Below are positions 1 through 10,729 of a stretch of DNA of 33,451 bases, one piece after another. A model generated the notes under the pieces. That model ran no database searches. It had not been told where the DNA came from and worked only from the letters and a program-made list of their open reading frames with translations. The first letter of the stretch is position 1. Each line of letters starts with the position of its first letter. Origin of the DNA: Octopus bimaculoides (taxonomy: Eukaryota). The stretch is from positions 65,623,253 to 65,656,703 of the forward strand of contig NC_068986.1 of the NCBI RefSeq assembly GCF_001194135.2. Reading direction: 5' to 3'. The position numbers and the translations under genes are program-made.

Positions 1-345
1 TATCAAGCCATGATCAACTTCGTCAAAGGCTTTTGCAAAGTCGAGATATATCACATCAACATTTGAATGGTCAAGTAGCTGCTTCAGGACCCAGTCATAA
101 TGCTGCAAGAGCTGCGTGAAGCAGCTTCTACCTGGACGGAAACCATGCTGGGTCTCATTCAGCAAGTCATTTTCTTCTAGGAACGCAATCAATCTCCTTC
201 TGACAATTAATTCCATGACTTTGCTAATATGTGAAGTCAGAGAGATGGGCCTGTAGTTCCCAGCCTCTGCTCTGCTTCCACCTTTATGGATAGGACATAT
301 GGTGCCTTCCTTCAGCTTTTTGGGAAGTTTACCATTTGCAAGGAA
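1..345 (-). mobile_element. Non-LTR retrotransposon (CR1/L2-like LINE) reverse transcriptase fragment, running off the left edge of the window
   Basis: Manual translation of the minus strand gives about 115 stop-free codons: FLANGKLPKKLKEGTICPIHKGGSRAEAGNYRPISLTSHISKVMELIVRRRLIAFLEENDLLNETQHGFRPGRSCFTQLLQHYDWVLKQLLDHSNVDVIYLDFAKAFDEVDHGL. This contains the LINE RT motifs NYRPISL, QHGFRxGRSC and YLDFxKAFD. It has no start codon, so it is absent from the ORF track. Confidence 0.93.
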
Positions 346-360
346 ATATATATATATATA

Positions 361-1530
361 TCAGGTCATTAAGAATGAAATGCGTGATTTTTATGCACCA
401 AGTTTGACATTTGTTAACTCTAATGTTTTATCCTGACAATTCTTTGTTTTAGAACATTGAAGAGTTAAATCATCACTTTTCGAAATGCAATTCATGGTGT
501 GAGCTTTCTCTTGTAAATCAATTTTTGTGAACCCATGGACAGATCAAAAATTCGTGTTGTTTATGAATATGAGTTCCGTCGTGGACCTAATGCATCCCAG
601 ACTGCTCGAAATATCAATGAGGTGTTTGGTGGAGATGTGGTGAATGAGAACACTGTATGTCAATGGTTTGAGAAGTTCCGGTTTGGTGACTTTATTCTTG
701 AAAACCAGCCCCATGGTAGATCTGAGATCAAGGTGGATAATGAGGAGCTGGACATTCTAGTGGAAGCGGATACATCTCAACTATGCGTGAGTTAGCAGCA
801 AGGTTTGATGTTTCGAATCCGGTTATATTTGACCATCTGAAACAAAACGGCAAGCTAAAAAGCTGGACAAGTTGGTACCACATGAACTGAACGACCATCG
901 AATAACACGTCGTCTTGAATCTTGTTGTTCTTTGCTGTCACGGCATTAAAGCGAACCATTTTTGCGTCATGTTGTTGCGTGTGATGAAAAATGGATGCTT
1001 TTCAACAATAGAAAGCGTCCTGCATAGTGAGAGGATAGAGATGAAGTACCAAAGCACAATCCAAAAAAGAATATTCACCAATAAAAATAACGGTGTCTGT
1101 TTGGTGGTTCAGCGCTGGTGTCATCCACTACAGCTTCATGAGACCTGATAAGTCAATTACAGCGGATGTCTACATCAACCAATTTGATGAAATTGTGAAT
1201 GAACAACCGAGATTGGTCAACAGAGAGGCCAATTCTCTTGCAATGCTCTATCATATGTTGCACAAAGAACGCTACTCAAGTTACAGGAACTGAACTTGGA
1301 AGTGCTCTGTCACCCACCATATTCACCAGACCTTGCACCAACTGACTATTACGTTTTCCAGGCATTAGACAACCTTTTGCCAAGAAAAAAACTTCAAATC
1401 TGAAGAAGATGCAAAAACAGCAAACAACCTTTCGGATTTCATCATCTCTTTCTCTCCAGAATTCTTCGCTGCTGGCATAAATAAGCTACCGATAAAATGG
1501 CAAAATTATGTTGATAATTATATTTTGCTG
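361..1530 (+). mobile_element. Degenerate mariner (Hsmar1/SETMAR-like) DNA transposon with a frameshifted transposase
   Basis: Begins TA|TCAGGT, a mariner-type terminus, after a TA run. ORF 535-795 encodes the HTH (EFRRGxNASQTARNINEVFG..TVCQWFEKFRxGDF). Downstream fragments read xVPHELN, VACDEKW (first catalytic D), VWW..GVIHY, HPPYSPDLAPTDY and GINKLPIKWQNYVD. The DNARPH (second D) region is partly deleted, and I found no right TIR. Confidence 0.93.
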
Positions 1531-1974
1531 TGAATATCTTTTGATAAATATATTGTTGTATAGACTATAGAAAAATATCATTCAAAGAAGGGAGAATATT
1601 CGTCGTGTGATAAATGACACAATATAACGGTAACCATGTTCAATTAACTGACTGCACCTAACTCAACTACTTGAGGTGAACCAAAGGGCTATCAGTATGA
1701 AAGGCAGGGAAATAGAATCAGCTCTCTTAGAATCCTTGAGTCGTGGCACTCATTGGAGAGATTGGAGCAGATGGCGCAATGGGTTGATAAGGAATTTCTC
1801 CCTCCTGCCATACAGAAAGGTTTTGATTTTTGTTATTGGGATGGTACTGATGGTCACGCAGTTGTGGAAGTTGTATTTGTCGTTGTATTGCAAGAATTTG
1901 CTGGTGTATTGAAACGATTACGTAATTCCTTCTTTTTCTGTTTCTTATTCTCACTGTTGTTGATTTTTTCATAG

Positions 1975-2045
1975 TCAGTGTTGTTATCGTTGCTACTGCT
2001 GCTGTTGTTGTTATTGTTGTTGTTGTTGTTGTTCTTTTTGTTTAA
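1975..2045. repeat. (TTG/CTG)n low-complexity trinucleotide tract
   Basis: Sequence gttgttatcgttgctactgctgctgttgttgttattgttgttgttgttgttg. A similar tract lies at about 3265-3370. Confidence 0.85.
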
Positions 2046-2232
2046 GTTGGTGCTAATGGTGTCGGGATGGTAGTAGTGTTTTGGTTTAACATGCTGATGG
2101 CACTGTAAGAACAGCTCTAACAATTTGCGTTCTCACTCTCTGGTTTTCTACAGACGCCATGCTTAAAAAAATAGGCCGAAAGAAAATTTCACAAAAATCT
2201 TATTACATTGGAAAGAAAGAAAGAATAAATTA

Positions 2233-2298
2233 AAGAAGAAGAAGAAGAAGAAGAAGAAGAAGAAGAAGAAGAAGAAGAAGAAGAAGAAGAAGAAGAAG
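2233..2298 (+). repeat. (GAA)n microsatellite, about 22 units
   Basis: Direct reading: an uninterrupted gaagaa run. Confidence 0.95.
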
Positions 2299-3546
2299 GT
2301 ACGTTATCAAGTAGAGAATAATTTTGTAGGGAAACTGTACAAAAGTTTTCTTATTAAAACCTCTTCTAAATGTGACAGTCCCCAGGAATATAGCTTCAGA
2401 TGGGACGTGAGAATAATGAGCAAAGTTCTAGACTTAGTATGCCAAGAGATAAAACCCTGAGGGGCTAATTGAGATTGAAACATTGAAACTAGTTTCAATT
2501 GTGCTAAAGTACTCAAGTTAGCCTTTGTTCACATGAATAATCTTGTGGTAGAGTGATCGATTAGATGTGAAGTATTGTAATGCTGAGACTCTTGTAGAGA
2601 CCAATCTTTGAGTGACTGCTACAATCGCTGGCGGAGGTTTTTCTGTTTCTCTGTTAGACGTCCTCTAACGAACAGTGAAAATATATAGAATCAGGAGGGT
2701 TGGGGCGGTGGGCAGACATGCAGGCGCAGGATAGGGAAAAACTTTGAAATAGATTCATCATTCTCTGCTCAGTCGTAGACGTACATTAACATTAATTGCT
2801 TCACTGCCTACCGTAAATGTTGGTGTGTAAAAATGATATCAAAGGAAGATGAGTTTATTGACAGATCGACGCTTCGTAGAATCGCAACAAAAGAAGACAT
2901 GAATGTTGTTAAGGTCTCAAATGAAACTGACGGCAAGTAAAAGGTCCAGCGGGAAAATATATAACGAGAATGTATGGTTGCCAAATAAAACTGGAATATT
3001 CATGTGTTTAGTAAGAACGACTCAGTAAAAGCAACAATAAATAAATAAATAATAAATAATAGAATAGACATTGTTGTTAATTTTATTCAGTTTTTACAAA
3101 GATAGTTGACGCATGTTCCTCTTGATGCCTTCGGTACAAACTTAATGTTGACACTGTTTATTGAATATTACTGATATAAAGACGTCATGTTCAACTGTTT
3201 TGTATGTACGGTTGCGTTTGGTGTTTTTCTCAAGTCTTTTGTGATTATCATGTTTTCTTGTTATGGTTGTTGTTATTGCTTCTGCTGCTGTTGTATTGTT
3301 GTTGTTGTTGTTTTGTTTCTGTTGTTGTTATTGCCGTTAGTGCTATTATTCATGTTGCCGTTGTTGTCTTTGTTTATTAAGTCGCATTCTGATGAAAGGA
3401 AAAGAAGTAGCAATAAATAAATAAACAAACAAAAATAAAAAAAAATCGATTGTTCTTTTGATGATGAGATCAGTGACAAGCAACTTAGAGAAAGTATCAA
3501 TTGTAATAAGTCATCACATACTCATAGTCATACATCATTTGTAAGT

Positions 3547-3720
3547 GAGCCAACCGAGTGAGATTCTTTACGACGCCATGATCTACTAGAAATAAGAGCC
3601 AACCAAATATCCCTCAAATCCCACACTGCTGCCTTAAGAAGAGAAGTGCTCATTGAATAATTTGATAAAGGATACACCATTCATGAAAACATGACGAGGT
3701 GGTCACGATAAGAAAGCCTT
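3547..3720. mobile_element. Fragment of a dispersed repeat (SINE or LINE-tail-like family), present in several copies in this window
   Basis: A shared core resembling gagccaac...ctgctagaaatagcagccaaat.tccctcaaat.acac recurs in degenerate form at about 3547-3660, 5435-5625, 6185-6290 and 17450-17630, and in the opposite orientation at about 18385-18430. Confidence 0.6.
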
Positions 3721-5025
3721 TGATCGTAAATTTGTTGAAACAGCTGAACTGGGGATAAAAAAGAATAGGAATATCGACATTTGAATTAAGTCATCGCAAA
3801 CACAGCAATTGTCATACTTCCCACGTTCATATAATTTATAACAAGTCATTTCTCTCTCTCCTCATCCCCCCCTCTCTCTCTCTATTCACACACACACACA
3901 CACGTAAAGCATTTCTAATAAATCATCACGCGAACAGTATTAGGTACATTATATAAAAATAAAATAATTGAAATAAATACACTTCATAGAAAATAAAGAA
4001 ATTTCTGACCGGAACTGAACGCAGGATTATATCAAAAGCAAGATAATAAAGAGTCAGAACATACTTAAAGTCCCGGAAACATCTTCAGAAAAAAATAATT
4101 AAGAAAAACTAAAGGCAAACGACTCAGAAAGTAATCGGTGCTATAGTTTTATGTGTACATGAGTTAAACAAATGGAGAAAATAACACATAATTAAAATGC
4201 ATGGATTATTTACCTCATGTTATTTCAAGGAATGTCTAGATATTTCGATTGCTAAGCATTTTATCAATCACGGTTGCTTTAAAGACAAACCACCGGCTGT
4301 TGTCATCACTAGTGGTGGATATATAAACCGAATAAGAACGGACAAAGGAACGAAACTTCTACTTGTTCATTGCATCTATGCATGGAAACATGTTTTTATA
4401 AACATATATGCTTACGTGCATGATGCGTGAAATGATAAGAATCGACAGCGAACGATTTTCGATATATTACTCAGTCCTGTATGTCTCCCTTTATTCTGTA
4501 TTTACGTTCATTAATGCTTTCATAATTGAATAAGTACATCATTTTCCCTATCAATGTGTACATTTCACATTTCTTTTAATCTTGCTATCGATATTCAAGG
4601 ATGAAAAAGCCAATTGCAAAAGTAAATTCAATCAGATGAATTAGTGTGGTTTCACTTTGATGAATATCTATATAGGCATTGGCATTATTTTTAAACAGCA
4701 ACACCACTAAAAAACGAATATCTTTTCTAAGTTGTAACCTTATGCATAGTAGATAACCGTATGTATAGTAGAAGGTACTTTTCCGAGTGAATTTCAAAGT
4801 TACTGAAACGATTTTCACATTCTGTGTGTTGGTTATTAAACTTTGCCTTCATCTCATGCTCTTACCACGAGTAAAACCAGAAAGTGGATGAGTTACACTA
4901 ATCTGATATTCTGTACTTACGTTAGACAAGGGCAATTCATTCAGTAGAGAACTTCCATATTAAAAGTTTGTGGGAATCATCCTTAGCCAGAAGAGTTGCA
5001 GATGACCTGAACTAATAGTCTACGA

Positions 5026-5372
5026 CAGTGGCCCTCAACTGGGTTGCACATGACCATGGGGTCCATATAAGATTTATGAGAGTCTATACCAGCAAAACAG
5101 TGACTTGGGGGTTCACGGTAATATTTTAGGGGTTAATGAAAAATGTTGGTCTAGATGTATTATTACAAGAAACAATTAGGTTTCTTTCTCTAAACATGTT
5201 TCCGGCCACTGAAACTTGGTCCCCTTTGCAATGCAATTGCAAGCCTACCACAAGTTAATGAGGAAAAAACAAAATAAGAATTTTGAAAGAAGTGTCTATA
5301 AAACTAGTTTATCAATATTGAATGGCAATAAAGGGTTCCACAGGTAGAAAAAAATATCGTTGAGGACCACTG
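5026..5372. mobile_element. Non-autonomous hAT (Charlie-like) MITE, 347 bp
   Basis: 14-bp TIRs with one mismatch: CAGTGGCCCTCAAC and GTTGAGGACCACTG. The 8-bp flanks gtctacga and ggccacgg match at 5/8, consistent with a decayed 8-bp TSD. No coding capacity. Confidence 0.75.
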
Positions 5373-5434
5373 GGCCACGGGGTTTGTGAACTGTCTTCTG
5401 ATGCTACATGTGTAACTGCAAATATACTTGATGA

Positions 5435-5625
5435 ACAAGCCAGCATGAAAGCCTCTAAGTGGTAACTCTGTTTCTTATAAAAATAACAGCCTCAAATTTC
5501 CTTGAAAACACCCACTACCGCCTTTAAAAAATTAGGTGATTGTAGCTCTCTCCATACGAAATGATTTTGGCTGGAAAACCTTTAATCATAGATCTGTTCG
5601 ATCAACACTGACTTAGGATTAACCA
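5435..5625. mobile_element. Degenerate copy of the same dispersed repeat family as at 3547
   Basis: Sequence taacagcctcaaatttccttgaaaacacccactaccgcctt...tttaatcatagatctgttcgatcaacactg is homologous by eye to 17450-17630. Confidence 0.55.
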
Positions 5626-6404
5626 ATCACAAGTTGATCCTCACTTTAGTGCTGAATATATACCAAGCAACAAAATACTTGTTATCGTTTATCATTAGTT
5701 TTAGCTGTTGTAGATTAATCCACATAATAACAGATGTTAAATTCTAAAATCTAGAGGGAACAAAACAAATAAAGCAAATTCGCTCGAGAATTACTATACT
5801 TCTCCCATATTAACACAACAGCTAACATCGGAGAAACCTCAATGAGATGTTCCACACGTAGAAATGGCGGCCAAGTCTCTGTCAAATCATATCATACTCT
5901 CTTAAAAATGAACAGATTACAGAACTTTGTCCAATAAGTACTTTGTCACATACATTGACATACACCTGTGCACACATACGCATGTACGCGCGCGTGTGTA
6001 TGCATGCACGTTCGTACGTACATACGCATGCACGCATGTTTGTTTGCATGTATGTATGTATGTATGTATGTATGTACTATGTATTTATCGTTGGAACATA
6101 ATTTTGATATGTTTGCTTGATCAAGGTTGGTTTGGTGCTAAACGACAGCAGACTCTACCCCTCTACAACCAACAATTCCGCGTGTTCTTTCAATCTGTTG
6201 GAAATAGCAGCCAAACCACGTTAGAATTAAACACTGCCATCCTGAAAAAAAGTGAGGGTGAACACGTTAGTTGTGGATTCGTAGTACTTCGGAATAACGG
6301 AAAACCTTTGTTCAAGTCTCCTCGATCAGATCTGCGACGTATTTTACAATAACAACTAACATCACTGACTTGGGATTTTAATACATTGCCCATTTTAACA
6401 CCCC

Positions 6405-6530
6405 TGCATTGTCATAAGGTGCACTTAGCGGAGAGAATCACTCTGTTTCAAGCATTCGGGTCAAATCCCGGTCTGAGAAAAACCTTCACCCTTTCCGCCA
6501 GCCAAATATCCAAGGTTTCTTCCATGGTAA
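6405..6530 (+). mobile_element. Possible degenerate tRNA-derived SINE head
   Basis: A-box-like cacttagcggagaga and B-box-like gggtcaaatcccg at tRNA-like spacing. The body is not recognisable. Confidence 0.35.
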
Positions 6531-6844
6531 AAAAAAAAATGACAACGAATATCTCGTCCACGTGATGACGTCGTGCAGATAATGATACAAGGCATCAATA
6601 TGTCAACGGAGGGTTTAATATTCTCTAATGGAATAACAGCACATAATACATTAAAATGTTAAAAGAATAATTAAGTGAATCATATGTGTGTACATTTTCG
6701 TAACAATAGCTTTAGGTCACTGCAGTATTAAGTATTCCTTGTGGATTTAGCGATTGCATTAACTAAAGGTTTTGAAAGCCGCAGACACTCATATGCTCTT
6801 AGTCACTGGTGAAGAACTGCGTAATTTAATGTTATTGCTACTAC

Positions 6845-6846
<2 letters not shown>

Positions 6847-6916
<70 letters not shown>

Positions 6917-6964
6917 NNNNNNNNNNNNNNNNNNNNNNNNNNNNNNNNNNNNNNNNNNNNNNNN

Positions 6965-7008
<44 letters not shown>
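6847..7008. repeat. (CT)n(CA)n and (TA)n microsatellites flanking the N-gap at 6917-6964
   Basis: Direct reading. Confidence 0.95.
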
Positions 7009-7012
<4 letters not shown>

Positions 7013-7323
7013 TGCATACATGCATGATAGCTGCAACACGATCACGGGTAATGCCATCATTTAATTATTCGCTTAAACATGTGTAGCAGGGATGTGGGTT
7101 TTCAATTCTGATAGGAACTTACACTTTTTTATACAGATGTGACAAGATGACTACATTGATTGTTTTGGTGAACCTTCATATGACTTTTCAGTCTCTTCCT
7201 TGATACACATTCTTTTACTCTTCCCCCTGAAAGTAAAGATACCGTATAATGCATAGTTAGCAACCTCTATACGTGTGTAGCTTATCTGACTACTAAGGTT
7301 TATATTAATTAGAAAGACACGTC

Positions 7324-9070
7324 CACACGTGTAACATATCAAATTAGGCTGTGCGCCTATATACTAAGGCGAATTCACATCACAACCCTTGCGAACGGGT
7401 CACTTAAGCTGTTCGTGCTTAATATAATTTTGTTGGAATTCCCTCCAACCAATCATGCACTGCTTTCCTTCATGATGAATAACAACAGTCTGCATGGTTT
7501 TTTTATGGACAGTATAGTATCTGTTTTGAAATATATATGGTAAATAGTGATTCATGGTGTTTTTTATTCATCAGGTTCTCAAGTTATACAGCAACGTTAA
7601 GTTTTTCTTTTTGTATGACATAAGTAAATGATAAAGTATATTACCAATGAATATTCTTACTTTATATTGACTTAAATATTAAATCTAATATATTTTTCTT
7701 TATTTTTAGATTATGAATATGTCTAAAGACTGCATAAATTCACCAGACATATTTATGTTTTGCTATATCTGCGGGCAATTCATCCCTTCAGATTGCTGGG
7801 GCAATATTACTCCTTTGTTTAGCTTATTTTATCTGCAAAGTGGGAGACTAGGACGAACCATTTGCCCCTCACAAAGCTTGCAAGAGTTTCATTAGTAAGT
7901 TCCAAATGTGGTCAGTTGGAAAACTGAAGTGTACGCCCTTCGGAGAACCAATTTTATGACCTGAGCAGATGAACCACCATGATGACTGCTACTTCTGCAC
8001 GACTTCAAAAAGAAGACCAAGGACTGCGTAGTATACTCAAATATTCCATCAGCAATAAGGCCTCTTCCACACTTAGATGATATTCTTGTACCTGTACCAC
8101 ATGAGACATGGGAAATTTCATCAGTGATACTAATGAAATGGAAGTAGACTATGAACTACCATCAAATGACATTCCCAGACTTTTCAACAAAGTTGAGCTC
8201 AATGACTTGGCGAGAGACCTTAACCTTCCAAAAGAAAGTGCACACTTACTTGGCTCAAAACTGAAGGAACACAGGTTTCTAGCTTCTGGAACAACATTCG
8301 CTTGGTAGCAACATCGTGTAGCAGGATTCACGCAGTTTGAGAAACAGAATTCTTTAGTTTTCTGTTCATATATTTCTGGCCTTATTGAACACATGGGGAC
8401 GTCATAAAATGCAGATGACTAGAGGCTCTTCGTTCATTCTCCTAACAGAAGTTTAAAGGCTGTTATTCTCTATAATGGCAACACAGCTGCATCCGTACCA
8501 ATTGGCCATAGAGTCCAAATGTCAGAAACTTATGAAAATATGACGACACTAATAACTGCCATCAAGTATCATAATCACAGTTTTCTCATTTGTGGTGATT
8601 TAAAAGTTATTGCTCTCCTACTAGGTCTTCAAGTGGGATACACCACGTATCCCTGTTTCCTTTACCTTTGGAATAGTAGGGCAGACAGCCAGCACTATGA
8701 ACAAAAAGACTGACAACCAAGAACCAGCTTCTTGCCGGAAATCACAACGTGAAAGCTGTGCCACTATCCCATCAAAATTCTGCTGTCACCATTCTACATC
8801 AAATTAGGGCTTATGAAAAATTTTGTGAAGGCCCTGAACAAAAATTGAGCTGCTTTCAAGTACCTGGAGTCAAAGTTTCTTCGTATAAGTGAAGGTAATC
8901 ATTAGCAGGTCTTGATGTGAATGCAGATTGCCCAAAACTTCAAGCAGATTGTCTGAAACAGCTGCTCCCCAGAATATGAAAAATTTCAAGTTCCTAACAA
9001 CTTGGGTCTAGAATGAGTGTCAAGTGAGAAACAAAGAGAGCGGTTCCATCAGGATATTTGCACCATGGAA
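7324..9070 (+). mobile_element. Chapaev3-type (CMC superfamily) DNA transposon relic with a transposase pseudogene (about 7713-9070)
   Basis: Frameshifted fragments in collinear order: CINSPDIFMFCYICG, APHKACK, EQMNHHDDCYFC, SAIRPLPH, LFNKVELNDLARDLNLPKESAHLLGSKLKE, RLFVHSPNRSLKAVILYNGN, ICGDLKVIALLLGLQVGYTTYPCFLYLWNSRA, PFYIKLGLMKNFVKAL, LGSRMSVK and ERFHQDICTME. This is a well-known transposase family; my assignment to Chapaev3 and the 5' boundary are from memory. It carries many stops and deletions. Confidence 0.8.
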
Positions 9071-9080
9071 ATTCACCTGC

Positions 9081-9441
9081 TATTAGTGGAACTTTCCTAT
9101 CAAAACTTGTACCAAGTACAAACATAACAAGCTGGATTTAGTTGTTCGAGACAGACAACCAAAAGTATGTATTATCATAGAGGTCAGTTGCCCTGCTGAT
9201 GTGAACGTTTCTTCGAAAAGCAAGTTTCAAATCGTTCAGCTTTTGTAAACTGATTATAAGTTCACATGTATACCAATAACAATTGCTACCCTTGGTTTTC
9301 TTAATAAATGAATAAGTAACAATCTGGAAAAGGTAGGTTTCCCCAAAAAAGAAATTAGTCAACTGAAACGCACGCTACAAGTACAAACTATCAGCAGAAC
9401 AGGAAAAATAGACAAGACTTTTTCTCAAGTTCAACACATGA
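9081..9441 (+). mobile_element. 3' fragment of a restriction-like-endonuclease (RLE) non-LTR retrotransposon (R4/Dong-type)
   Basis: Translates as Y*WNFPIKTCTKYKHNKLDLVVRDRQPKVCIIIEVSCPADVNVSSK ... QLL*TDYKFTCIPITIATLG ... RTGKIDKTF, which is the PD-(D/E)xK RLE domain and C-terminus. Confidence 0.85.
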
Positions 9442-9514
9442 CTTATTATTATCTACGTATATACTTGGGAAGAGACAGAAAAACTAACACAGATCTCTCT
9501 ATCCTGCTTCCTTC

Positions 9515-9648
9515 TTTCCCATTCTCTCTCTCTTTCTTTCTCTCTCTCTCTTTCTTTCTCTCTCTCTCTTTCTTTCTCTCTCTCTCTTTCTTTCTCTCTC
9601 TCTCTCTGTCTCTCTCTCTGTCTCTCTCTCTCTCTCTTNNNNNNNNNN

Positions 9649-9680
<32 letters not shown>
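9515..9680. repeat. Polypyrimidine (TC/TTTC)n tract with about an 18-bp higher-order period, then an N-gap and (CA)n
   Basis: The unit tctctctctctttctttc repeats about 4 times. Gap at 9639-9648. Confidence 0.9.
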
Positions 9681-9686
<6 letters not shown>

Positions 9687-9724
9687 TATCTCTATCTCTC
9701 TCTCGCAACTCCTTTCTAGCCCTG

Positions 9725-10030
9725 TCTCTAAGTTCATGGAAGTGATTGCACTTGAAAAGGATAAAAATAGACTATAGATGGAATAACACTAAATGCCTAG
9801 TATGGAGTATCAAAATCTCAACTGGAAGGTTAATGACATACAATCTAAATGTAACAAATCCCCAACAAGTATCATGCATTCACTATAGCTACAGAATACA
9901 ACAGTTGACATTAAATCCAAACCCCAAAACTGAAGACATTAACCACATCATTGCCTGATGTGAAAATATTTCTACTAGATACTATCTTCCTATAAAGAAT
10001 GATGTAGTAGCCAGAGGAACCTGGAATGGA
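9725..10030 (+). mobile_element. Degenerate RLE LINE fragment covering the post-RT and CCHC zinc-knuckle region
   Basis: Frames read SQLEG**HTI*M*QIPNKY (compare SHxEGYxxAIQEQEIxTKY) and KTEDINHIIA*CENISTRYYLPIKNDVVAR (compare EDxxHIIxxCxxxSxRYYLPxRHDxVA). Confidence 0.7.
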
Positions 10031-10729
10031 GTAGGAAAGAAAAAATAACAAATAAAATTGACTATACTGCGATGAATGGATCAAAAGAATATCAGAAGAA
10101 TTCGGTAGAATATACGAATCATATCATAACCAAATTAAAACATAACCAACCTTAAAGTGCTGTTTTGGTTAACATAATAAAGGGTCTCTCGTGTGGTAAT
10201 CAGCTGCCAACATCAATGTCGAAAGAAAACTATAGGATAAAAAAGATTCTACGGACCAATGATGAGAAGTCAGTTTCGAATATATATTTTCAGCTTTATA
10301 CCCATTGTTATTATAACCGCTGAATCAAAGTATAGCAGAACTTGGACTTTTGGAGAAATAACGTAATTCCTGAAATTATACGTTAAAAGTAATCATGATA
10401 TCTGGATAATAGATATTCTCCGAAGAAATTTTTAGCATTTGATATGAGGTTTCGTTTAGGTTGTTGAAAAAATACAAGAGCTCTTTGTTTTCCATAAGAA
10501 TTATTTACATCATTTCAAAATAAGCATTCATGTATGGATGTATGCATAGCTCTCTCTCTCTCTCTCTCCCCTCTCTCTTTATATATATANNNNNNNNNNN
10601 NNNNNNNNNNNNNNNNNNNNNNNNNNNNNNNNNNNNNNNNNNNNNNNNNNNNNNNNNNNNNNNNNNNNNNNNNNNATATATATATATATATAAATGTATT
10701 ATGTATGTATGTGTGTGTGTGTATCTATA

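Noticed and set aside
3100-3390. Minus-strand acceptor (cttcttttcctttcatCAG) followed by Asn/Gln/Thr-rich text
   Set aside because: All three frames stop within about 40 codons and there is no convincing donor. It is explained by a (CAA)n low-complexity tract.
4197-4430. 77-aa ORF MHGLFTSCYFKEC...
   Set aside because: No recognisable domain or supporting splice structure, and the length is within chance expectation.
4915-5010. Minus-strand perfect donor (AAC|GTAAGT) with an upstream AG
   Set aside because: The 86-nt candidate exon has stops in all three frames and a poor pyrimidine tract.
5870-5885. YY1-like motif aaatggcggcc, and the GC box near 2702
   Set aside because: These are isolated short motifs with no CpG-rich or promoter context, so they are expected by chance.
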